From Planctomycetota bacterium (GTDB lineage Bacteria > Planctomycetota > UBA8108 > SXIK01): a stretch of 64,000 nt of DNA. The notes beneath the pieces are model-generated. The model was not told the origin of the DNA, searched no databases, and saw only the letters and a program-made list of their open reading frames with translations. The stretch's first letter is position 1; the number at the start of each line of letters is the position of its first letter. Where the stretch lies: the NCBI GenBank assembly GCA_965223845.1, contig CBDCXR010000004.1, positions 4,512,001-4,576,000 on the forward strand. The letters run 5' to 3'. A program made the position numbers and the translations under genes. Below are positions 1-8,700 of the stretch, one piece after another.

Positions 1-478
1 AGAGGATGTTCATGGCGCAGTGCTTCGCGCCGTCTTCGTTCCCGGTGATCAAGCAACCCCCGACGCGACCGTAGTACGCGTATTGCCCGTTCTCGTTGAG
101 GTCACCCGACGACGAGTAGAGCCGCTCGATCGTCTTCGTGCACACCGACGATTTTTCGCCGAGCCAGATGGGCGATGTGATGACGAGAATCTGCGCCGCC
201 TTCACTTTTTCGTAGATCTCGGGCCACTCGTCGGTCTTCCACCCGCGTTCGGTCATATCCGGATAGACACCGTAGGCGATCGAGTAATCGACGGGGCGAA
301 GCACGTCGACGGTGACGCCGTTTTTCTCCATGATCGCGCGCGAAATCGCGACGAGGCCGTCCGTATGCGACTGCTCCGGTGATCGCTTCAAAGTGCAGTT
401 GAGAAAGAGTGCTTTCAGGTCGGAGAAATCCCACTTGCTCGAGGAGCACAGCTCGAGCTGCTTATCGCTGAGTGACAT
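1..478 (-). CDS. Flavodoxin-like / NADPH-dependent FMN reductase family protein (3' end truncated by window edge)
   Basis: Not in the ORF track; translated by hand from ATG at 478 (GGAGG RBS upstream): MSLSDKQLELCSSSKWDFSDLKALFLNCTLKRSPEQSHTDGL...ILVITSPIWLGEKSSVC...LITGNEDGAKHCAMNIL, which matches multimeric flavodoxin (WrbA-like) motifs. Confidence 0.85.
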   Translation of the reverse strand, partial: MSLSDKQLELCSSSKWDFSDLKALFLNCTLKRSPEQSHTDGLVAISRAIMEKNGVTVDVLRPVDYSIAYGVYPDMTERGWKTDEWPEIYEKVKAAQILVITSPIWLGEKSSVCTKTIERLYSSSGDLNENGQYAYYGRVGGCLITGNEDGAKHCAMNIL

Positions 479-564
479 GATCGCCTCCAGTGTTCTCACG
501 TAGTTTTCGTGCGAGAGGACCGATCTGACGCTCCGATGGGATCATCGGGCCGGCTTGCGTCCGG

Positions 565-1629
565 TCACTCCCCCACGACTTGTCCGACACTCGGGCCAAG
601 CGCTCCGCGTTCGGCCGCAGCGATCACCTCCATCGCCGCGACCCCGTCGCGATGCGTTACCGAGAACGGCGCTTCCGAGCAACAACGATCGACGAACTCC
701 TCCAGTTCCCGCCGATACGCCGGGCCGAATCGATCGACGAACTCCGGCAGCGGGCGCCCGTAGTTCCGCATCGGGTACGTCGCCCGCGCGATCGTCTTCG
801 TCCGCCCGTACGCCTCGACGACCACGTCGAACGGCGTTCGCTCGAAGTGACCCGAATGGATCACTCCTTCCTCGCCAAAGATCCACGTCTCAACGCGGTA
901 CCCGGAAACGTGGTTGCGACTCACTTGCACTTGACCGACGAGCTCGTCGTCGAACCAGAGGGAAATGATCCCGTCGTCGAAATCCTCATTCGCCGTCGAC
1001 ATGCGATGGCTGTAGAGATTCGCACCTAGCGACGCCGCGCGCTGGGGAGTGCGCTCCATGATCCAGAGGATCTCATCGACGTTGTGGACCGACATGTCCT
1101 TCAGGATCCCGGAGGAGACGTAGCCATCGGGAAGCGGCCCCGAGTCTTCGAGAACCGAGACGATTTTGAACGGGCGACCGATAGCGCCTTCCTCGAGGAG
1201 GCGCTTCGCGTGGCGGAGCGGCTCATCGAATCGTCGCTGAAACGCGAGCATGACCCCGTCGGGCGCCTCCCGATCGACCCACGCCGCGAACTCGCGGTCG
1301 TCCGCGAGCGAAGTCGTCATCGGTTTCTCGAGGAGAACACGGCAGCCCGAGCGAAGGAGGATCTCCGCGTGCTCGCGGTGAAGGCTCGTCGGCGTGCCGA
1401 CGACCGCCGCGTTCGCCGCTCCTGATTTCGCGAGCTCCTCGACACTCGCGAACACGTGCGCCGCCGACAAATCGAGCTCGCGTCGAAGCCGCTCCGCTCG
1501 AGCCGCCTCGGTGTCGACGAGGGCGGTGACGGAGCAGCATCCCGTCTCCGCCGCAAGCTCGCGGGCGTGGAGGGCGTGAAGCGCTCCGATGCGACCGAGT
1601 CCCACGATCGCGAGGTTCAAGCTTTCCAT
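565..1629 (-). CDS. Gfo/Idh/MocA family oxidoreductase (myo-inositol 2-dehydrogenase-like)
   Basis: IVGLGRIG Rossmann motif, LLEKP, AFQRRFD and DMSVHNVD motifs. Confidence 0.9.
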   Translation of the reverse strand: MESLNLAIVGLGRIGALHALHARELAAETGCCSVTALVDTEAARAERLRRELDLSAAHVFASVEELAKSGAANAAVVGTPTSLHREHAEILLRSGCRVLLEKPMTTSLADDREFAAWVDREAPDGVMLAFQRRFDEPLRHAKRLLEEGAIGRPFKIVSVLEDSGPLPDGYVSSGILKDMSVHNVDEILWIMERTPQRAASLGANLYSHRMSTANEDFDDGIISLWFDDELVGQVQVSRNHVSGYRVETWIFGEEGVIHSGHFERTPFDVVVEAYGRTKTIARATYPMRNYGRPLPEFVDRFGPAYRRELEEFVDRCCSEAPFSVTHRDGVAAMEVIAAAERGALGPSVGQVVGE

Positions 1630-1830
1630 GGTAGACGTCTACGCATGAGAGCGGATTGAAGACGAAAAAATGCCGTCTGGAGGCTCTTCCGAACCGCCAG
1701 ACGGCACCAGCTTATCCGCACGCAAGCGCGACAGCCACCGCGGCGCACCATCGTGCCGACGACTCTCTATCGCTCGTTTCTTGGCTTCGGCTCTCCGTGC
1801 AAATCACTCAACCAGAGGACGCCGAGAACG

Positions 1831-3591
1831 CTAGTCTTCTTCGACGGGCGGCGCGCACTCCGGAGATCCGAAGCAGCCGAGAGAATTCTCAGGCGTTGGA
1901 TCTTCGCCGCACGACTCGAACGGCGGTCGCGGCGCCGGACCGTCCGAGAAGAGGTAGTTGAGGAGGTAGATCCCACTCGAGATATTGACGGCGCCCGAAT
2001 CGTTGACGTCAGCCGCGTTCATGCAGATCGGCCGTTGCCCCGAAGAAAAGAGATGATTGAGAAGGAACATCGCGTCGGCGACGTTCACTTCCGCATCCCC
2101 GTTCGTGTCGCCGCGACGGAACGTCGTCACTTCGCCGACGATGTTGAGGAAGCCGTTGACGAAGATGAACGAATCGAGCAGCTCCGGCGGCACGTGAAAC
2201 CCACGCGAGCGGATCATGTTATCGGTGTGGCACCCCCACTCCGACGGATCAGGGTGAGGACAGCGAGGCGACCCGTCGACGAACCGGATCTCCGTCGTCT
2301 GCTCGGAGGCGCCCGGTCGGACCCGGAAGTGAAGGTTGACGACCGTCTGGGGATCTCCGATCGGGATCACATTGACGGTGTCGAACGGCGCGCTGATCCT
2401 CACGGTGCCGACGGCGTAACCTTCCTCCCTCACCGTGTTCCCGGGAATGTTGTTGAGGTTGTTCGCTAAGACTCCGTGCTCCCAAACGAAATCCTCGCCG
2501 TCTTGCCGCTCGTAGACGATTTCGACCTCGGTGGCTTCGAGCACTTCTTCGTCAAAGTCGATCGAGAACGAGAAGCCTTGCGTGAGGCCGGTCGTCTCGA
2601 TCGTGAACGGTATCACGACAGACTCGCCCGGAGCGGCCTCACCACTCCCGAGCGCAAACTCGACGTCGAAATCGGGCTTCTCGAAGGGGAGCTTCGGCTC
2701 GATTGCGCACTCCTCGGACCCGACGTCATTCACGACGGTCAGCGTCCCACCGATCAACTCGGGGACGACCGCCCGCCCGGTTTCGTAATCGGCGATCTCG
2801 CCCACGATCATCTCGAGCGGATACTCGCCCGCTGGCGTCCCTTCGCGGAGACAGAGCTCGATCTCGAGTACGAATTGCTCCTCGCCGTCTGGTCCGAAAA
2901 CCTGTGCTCCCAGCGAGCTCAGGTACGAAAACCTGAGCTCGCTCCCTTTGGTCTTTGCGCCGATGAACCCGTGTAGATAGGTATTCGACAAGTCGAACAC
3001 GCGAATGTTTCCGTCCTGGCCGGCGAGCTCCTCTCGGTTGAAGATCGCGGTCTGACCGGACTCGAAGAGATCCCCGGCGTCGAGGGACGCCTGGTAGCCC
3101 GCGAACGATCGAGAGTTGGTGATCGCGACGACGATCGTCGCCGTACGGACGGAACCGCCCTCGGCGACAGCGTCGAGAACTCGAATGGAGGCGACCGGAT
3201 CATCGATCGGTTCCGTCGTTTCGTCTCCGCACGGCCAGTTCGCGTCGAGCGGACCTAGATGCGACTCGGGAGGCGGCGTGTCAGCCGTCCCGTCCGAGCC
3301 CGGGGCGGGAAACGGGGCGGCGGGAGGTTCTTCATCCTCGAACGCGAGGTAGTTCATGAGTCCGAGCGGATCGCGGATGTTGAGTCCCCCGTCGTCGTTC
3401 ACGTCCGCAGCGTCGCCGCACAGAAGCTCGGACTCGCCGAGATCGATAAAGATAAACCGGAGGCCGGCGTGGACGTCCGCCCACGTGGCTTCGCCATCGC
3501 CGTTCCAGTCGCCGCGGATGAAATCGGCGTAGAGGGCGGGCGAGTAGACAAAGGAAACCGTCAGAACAATCGCAGCCAGTGTGGTCTTCAT
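1831..3591 (-). CDS. Secreted dockerin-cohesin-cohesin-dockerin-like protein (paralogue A)
   Basis: Signal peptide MKTTLAAIVLTV...ALYA; N-terminal FIRGDWNGDG...CGDAADVNDDG and C-terminal FRRGDTNGDA...CMNAADVNDSG duplicated Ca-loop modules; two beta-sandwich cohesin-like domains (e.g. AAPGESVVIPFTI...GFSFSIDFDEEVLE). Confidence 0.75.
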   Translation of the reverse strand: MKTTLAAIVLTVSFVYSPALYADFIRGDWNGDGEATWADVHAGLRFIFIDLGESELLCGDAADVNDDGGLNIRDPLGLMNYLAFEDEEPPAAPFPAPGSDGTADTPPPESHLGPLDANWPCGDETTEPIDDPVASIRVLDAVAEGGSVRTATIVVAITNSRSFAGYQASLDAGDLFESGQTAIFNREELAGQDGNIRVFDLSNTYLHGFIGAKTKGSELRFSYLSSLGAQVFGPDGEEQFVLEIELCLREGTPAGEYPLEMIVGEIADYETGRAVVPELIGGTLTVVNDVGSEECAIEPKLPFEKPDFDVEFALGSGEAAPGESVVIPFTIETTGLTQGFSFSIDFDEEVLEATEVEIVYERQDGEDFVWEHGVLANNLNNIPGNTVREEGYAVGTVRISAPFDTVNVIPIGDPQTVVNLHFRVRPGASEQTTEIRFVDGSPRCPHPDPSEWGCHTDNMIRSRGFHVPPELLDSFIFVNGFLNIVGEVTTFRRGDTNGDAEVNVADAMFLLNHLFSSGQRPICMNAADVNDSGAVNISSGIYLLNYLFSDGPAPRPPFESCGEDPTPENSLGCFGSPECAPPVEED

Positions 3592-3652
3592 CGAAATTCC
3601 TCTCGCAATGAGACTCGCGCCCATGAAAATCGCGTCCGTCGCGGGCGACCGC

Positions 3653-5422
3653 CTACTCTTCAGCGGTAACGCACGTCGGCGAGCGACGGCAGCTCAGCGA
3701 ACCGCCGGGGGTCGGGTCTTCACCGCACTCCTCGAACGGAGCTTTCGGCGGAGCACCGTCCGAGAACAGGTAGTTCAGCAGGTAGAGTCCACTCGAAATG
3801 GTGACGCGGCCGACATCGCTCACGTCGGCTTCCTTCATGCATTCAGGCGCCCGAGCGTCCGCGAACAAGTACTCGAGAATGTGAATCGCGTCCGCGACGT
3901 TCACGTCCCCGTCGCTGTTCGTATCGCCGCGACGAAACGTCGTCACTTCACCGATGATCTCGAGGAAGCCATCGATGAAGACGAACGAATCGAATAGCTC
4001 GGGGGGAATCGCGTATCCACGGGAATTCACCGTGTTCTCGGTCGGGCAGTGCCATTCCGCCGGTGGCGTGTTCCGCCGACAGAATCGTCCCCCGTTAATG
4101 AATCGGAGCTCGGTGATCTGAGCCGTGGCGTCTGGTTTCACACGGAAGCGGAAGTTGAGTGCCGTCTCAAACTCGCCCTCGGGGATCACGTTGTCCTGAT
4201 CGTAAGGTAGGCTGATCGTCACCCTCCCGGCGAGAAACCCCTCGTCGACTCCGTCGTCTCCGGGGAAGTCGTTATGATTGCTCCACGCCCACTTGGCTGA
4301 CTCGTATTCCGCGCCGTCCGGCCGGCGGAAGACCGCTTCGATGTCCTCGACCTCGAGAAGCCTCTCGTCGAAATCGACCGAGAACGTATAGCCCTGGGTG
4401 GGGCCAGCGGTCTTGATAAAAAACGGGATCGTGACCTCTTCCCCCGGAGCGGCGTCTCCCGTTCCGAGAGCGAATGCGACATCGAACTCTGGCGCCGCGA
4501 ACGGGGGCCTCTCTTCGATGATGCACTCGTTCGACGCAACGTCGTTTAGGACGGTGAGCGTACCGCCCACGAGCTCAGGATAGATCGCACGCCCCGACTC
4601 GTAGTCCACGAGCTCGCCGAGGCTCAAGTTCAGCGGATACTCGCCGGCTGGGGTACCTTCCCGAAGGCAGACTTCGATCTCGAGCGCGAGTTGATCCTCT
4701 CCAGCCGGAATCAAACTCACTGCGCTGATCGAAGCCATGTATCCGAACGTCACCTTGCTTTCCTCGATCTTGGTGCCGATGTATCCATGGAGGAATGTGT
4801 TCGACAAGTCGAAGACATGCGAATTAATGTGCTCCTCACTCATCTCGGCATCACCCAAGATGCTATCAGCATCGATGCGCCCATAGTACCCGGCGATGCT
4901 CGTGGAACTGGACACTGCGAGAACGATCTTCGCGTTCCTGACGGCACCGCCAGCCGCCACCGTGTCGAGGATGCGAAGCGACGCGGCGGCATCCTCGAGC
5001 GCCGATCCGTCGATCTCAGAATCACACGGCAGCCACGTCGAAGGCTCGCCGGTCGGATCCTCTCCGGGATCGGGATAGGGCGCGGACGGTGCGGAGCGAT
5101 CACCAAACGTAAGAAATCGAAGCAAGTGGACTGGGTCGCTGATGTTGAACTGTTCGTCGTCGTTCACATCTCCGGCGTCGGCGCAGAACACCTCGCTGAG
5201 ATCGGCGAAGAGAAACCCGAGCATCTTGTGACCGTCCGCCCAAGTGACCTCGCCGTCGCCGTTCGCATCTCCGCGCACGAATTCGCCACCGAGCAACGCC
5301 GAGCTCGGCTGGACGCTGGCGACCGCGACGACCATCGCGTACGCCAAGGTGGGGAAGACACGGCGAGCGGTCAACACAGCTGAAGCGCGCCGCTCCGTAC
5401 GCGGCATCGTCGTCGAATTCAT
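3653..5422 (-). CDS. Secreted dockerin-cohesin-cohesin-dockerin-like protein (paralogue B)
   Basis: Colinear full-length homologue of 1831..3591 (shared VFDLSNTxLHG, CLREGTPAGEYPL, PPELxDSFxFxxGFLxIxGEVTTFRRGDTN); ATG at 5422 with GGGAG RBS; hydrophobic signal peptide. Confidence 0.75.
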   Translation of the reverse strand: MNSTTMPRTERRASAVLTARRVFPTLAYAMVVAVASVQPSSALLGGEFVRGDANGDGEVTWADGHKMLGFLFADLSEVFCADAGDVNDDEQFNISDPVHLLRFLTFGDRSAPSAPYPDPGEDPTGEPSTWLPCDSEIDGSALEDAAASLRILDTVAAGGAVRNAKIVLAVSSSTSIAGYYGRIDADSILGDAEMSEEHINSHVFDLSNTFLHGYIGTKIEESKVTFGYMASISAVSLIPAGEDQLALEIEVCLREGTPAGEYPLNLSLGELVDYESGRAIYPELVGGTLTVLNDVASNECIIEERPPFAAPEFDVAFALGTGDAAPGEEVTIPFFIKTAGPTQGYTFSVDFDERLLEVEDIEAVFRRPDGAEYESAKWAWSNHNDFPGDDGVDEGFLAGRVTISLPYDQDNVIPEGEFETALNFRFRVKPDATAQITELRFINGGRFCRRNTPPAEWHCPTENTVNSRGYAIPPELFDSFVFIDGFLEIIGEVTTFRRGDTNSDGDVNVADAIHILEYLFADARAPECMKEADVSDVGRVTISSGLYLLNYLFSDGAPPKAPFEECGEDPTPGGSLSCRRSPTCVTAEE

Positions 5423-5524
5423 AGCTCCCTCTCCCAGTCTCTGAATTCGCGCGGGGCAGATCCGTACACACTCGTTCCGGCTGCAGCACCCGGAAATCCC
5501 GTCCCGCGGCATCGAGAGGCGAGC

Positions 5525-5538
5525 GCAAACTCCGTTCC
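5525..5538 (-). promoter_or_regulatory. Putative sigma54 (-24/-12) promoter for the dockerin-cohesin genes
   Basis: Minus strand reads GG-AACGGAGTTT-GC (GG-N10-GC with TTGC), about 100 nt upstream of the ATG at 5422 and adjacent to a bEBP gene. Confidence 0.6.
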
Positions 5539-5550
5539 TTCCGCGCGGAC

Positions 5551-5564
5551 GGAACCCGCTTTGC
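5551..5564 (+). promoter_or_regulatory. Putative sigma54 (-24/-12) promoter facing the bEBP gene
   Basis: Plus strand reads GG-AACCCGCTTT-GC (GG-N10-GC with TTGC), a mirror of the minus-strand element 12 bp away. Confidence 0.45.
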
Positions 5565-5730
5565 GTGACGTTCCCGCACGAATTCGCCGGTTTTCCCCGT
5601 CTGAAACGCGTCGATTCTGCTGCGGATCCGGGCGGGCGCCGGTTCGCCAGCTCGGAATGCTGTAAAGTGATCTTTACTCCTCTTGCCGCCCGTAGAGTCC
5701 CGGCGGTTCCATATCAGAGCAGTTCTCAGC

Positions 5731-8700
5731 ATGAACACAGGAGATTCGATCGGCGAAGGCCTTCGGGTTTGCGGGAGCCTCAACGAGAGCCTATCCGGCG
5801 TGGGGTCGTCGTCGCCGCGCTACCTCGTTTCGGCGGTCGGCAGCCGCCGACGCCGCCCCCGGTGGGTGCTCCGGTGGTGGCCCGACGCCTCCGAGATCGA
5901 CGCTTCGCTTCGCGCTCGACTCCTCCGGCTGGCGACTCTCGACCACGCCGCACTCGCTCTCCCGTGCGACTTCGGGCTCGACAACGCGACCGGCCGCACG
6001 TACTCGCTACGGACCTACATCGACGGCGCGCCACTCCTCAGCGCGCTCGAGGGAAAATCACCGCGCGAGATCCTCCCGTGGCTGGTCGCGACGACGGAAG
6101 CTCTCGAAACGCTGCATCGCTTCCGGCTCGAACACGGGCGCGTCTCCGCCGAGAACGTCATTGTGCCGCGTTCGAGCCTGTTTGGGAGACGAGTCGCGGG
6201 GACTCCGCTCGCCGTGCTCACCGACCCTCTCGTCGAGATGGCCGAAGCGAAGACGCGTTTCGATGCCGCACCAGACTTGAGCGCTCTCGGCGAACTCTTC
6301 TATCGCATACTCACGCGCCACGAGATCGAGCTCGAACCCACCGGCTTTCCCGTCGCTCCCGCGAAGCTGAATCCCGCGATTCCCGTCGATCTCGAGCGCG
6401 TGCTGCTCAAGCTCCTTCACCCCGAGGCGGCTAAGCGATACCGGGACGCGTCCGAACTCTCCGAGGACCTCCGACGGATTCCGGGCGCGGAGTCGTGCCC
6501 CGAACTCCCGCCCGCCGGGTGCTTCGTCCATCGAGAACGAGAGCTCGCGCGCGCGACGGAGTGCCTGCGTGAACCCTCGCGAGCCTTCGCCATCGCAATC
6601 ACCGGCGAGGCGGGGATCGGAAAAAGCGCGTTCGTCGACCGCCTCGTCCTCGAAGCGAAGACGCGCGGCTACCTGACCGTCGGCGTACGCTGCTACCGCG
6701 AGAGCGAGACGGCGCTCGCGCCTCTCCGAGCGCTCGCCGCAAGACTGGCGACCGCCGAGCATCGGCGTTCGACACTCGGCGCACGCATCGATCGTCTGCT
6801 CGAGGAGAGCGACTTTCAACCGGAGCCCGGAGCACGCCGAGCCGTCCTGCGCGGGCTGGTCGATTACTTCACCTCGTGTGTCCGGCGACGACCGACGCTC
6901 ATCGTCGTCGACGAAGTTCACTTCGCCGACCCTCTGACGGTGGAGTTCCTCGTCGAGGTGACACGGGAGATCTCGTTGCAGGAGAGGAGAGCCGCGCGCG
7001 GGGATTCCTCGCCGCGTCTCTCCCTCGCTATGACCTACCGGAGCGAGAGCTCGTTTCGACCGGCGCTCGCCCCCCTCCTCGATCGAATCGCTGCGTCCGA
7101 CGCGGAATTGATCGCGATCGAGCTCGACGCGTTGTCGGACGACGCGGTTACCGAGTGGGTCGAGCGGACGTCGAGGGATCCGCGGGTTCGTCGCGCGGCA
7201 ACGTCGCTTTCGGCGCCGTTTCGAGGGAATCCGTTCGCGATCCGCCAGGTCCTTTGTGGAGCGCCTCCCGTCGCCCTCGCCGAACCGGACGACGACGGCC
7301 GGCGTCTCCACGGCTGGTGGGTCGCGCAACTCAGCGACTCCGAGCAAAGATTCGTTCAATTCCTAGCGGTCCTCGGACGCCCTGCGCCGGTCGAGCTGCT
7401 GTCCGAGCTCACCGGCGAAGGGATGACGGCAACGAAGCGCCACGTCGCGACGCTGGCATCCGTCGATCTCGTGAGCCACGAGGACGACCTGGTTTTCTTT
7501 CGGCACGGTTCGATGGAGGAAGGCATCCGGTCTTCGCTGTCATCGGGCGACATGGCGTCGATGCACGAGCGAATCGCTCTTGCGCTCGCAAACCGGGCCG
7601 ACGAGAGCGGGGCGGAGCTTGCGCATCATTGGCTCCGCTCGACGACACCGGAGCGCGGGTTCGAAGTCGGACTCGAAGCCGCGCGCGATCTCGCCCGCAA
7701 CCACGAGGACGGGCGCGCGCTCGACTTCTACCGTCGCGTCGCGGAGCTCGTTCCCGATGATCGTCGCGATCTTCGACGTGGAGTTCTCAGAGAGACCGCC
7801 GATCTGCTGGCGAAAACCGGGGACTACGCGGGAGGGATCGAGATCCTCGAGTCGATGCTCGGCGAGCTGAGTACCGCCGAGCTCGCTCACGTACGCGGCC
7901 GGATCGGGTTCTATCACCACCTCGCCGGACAGATCGCGGAGGCGGTCGTCCACTTCGAAGCCGCGAGAGCTCTCCTCCACGGCGAGGGCGAATCCAGCTC
8001 CGATCGCGATCGATTCATGATCGAATCTGAGCTCGCAACGATCGCTCTTCACCGCGGCGAGTACGAACGGGTCGCGCGTATCTGCCGACACGCGATCGAA
8101 GCGCTCTCGAGTCGAGCGTCCACGACTGAGGACCGCGCCTTAACTCGCGCGACGATGAGTCTTCACGCGACGCTCGGCTGCGTCGCGCTCCGACGATTCT
8201 CCTACGGCGACGCACGGAAGTTCTTTGAGCAAAGCTTGGAAAGCGGAGCGGAGCTCGCGGCGGTCCCCGAGAAGAGCCTCGTCTACAACAACCTCGGCGT
8301 TCTCCACGTACAACAGGACCGCTACCGCGACGCGATCGCGGCCTTCCGCCGCGCCGCCGAGATCGCACGCCAACTCGGTCAGGATCTCATGCTCGTGAGC
8401 GTCGAAGGGAACCTCGCGGTCCTGCACGCAAAGATCGGCGACGGGAAAGCAGCCGAGGCCGCGCTCGAGCGGACCGCACTCTGCGCGGCGCGTTCCGGCT
8501 CGCGTCGAGCTCGTTTCCTACACCTCCACTCGGCAGGACTCGTCGCGCTCGTTTCTGGGCACTACGCAACTGCGATCTCGTCGTTCAAGGAGGCGATCAT
8601 CGTGGGCGGCGAGCTCGGCGACCGCCACATGGTCGCGTTCGACCTCGTCTATCTCGGCGAATGCCAACTCTATCGAGGCGAGGCGACGGCGGCAGCGGCT

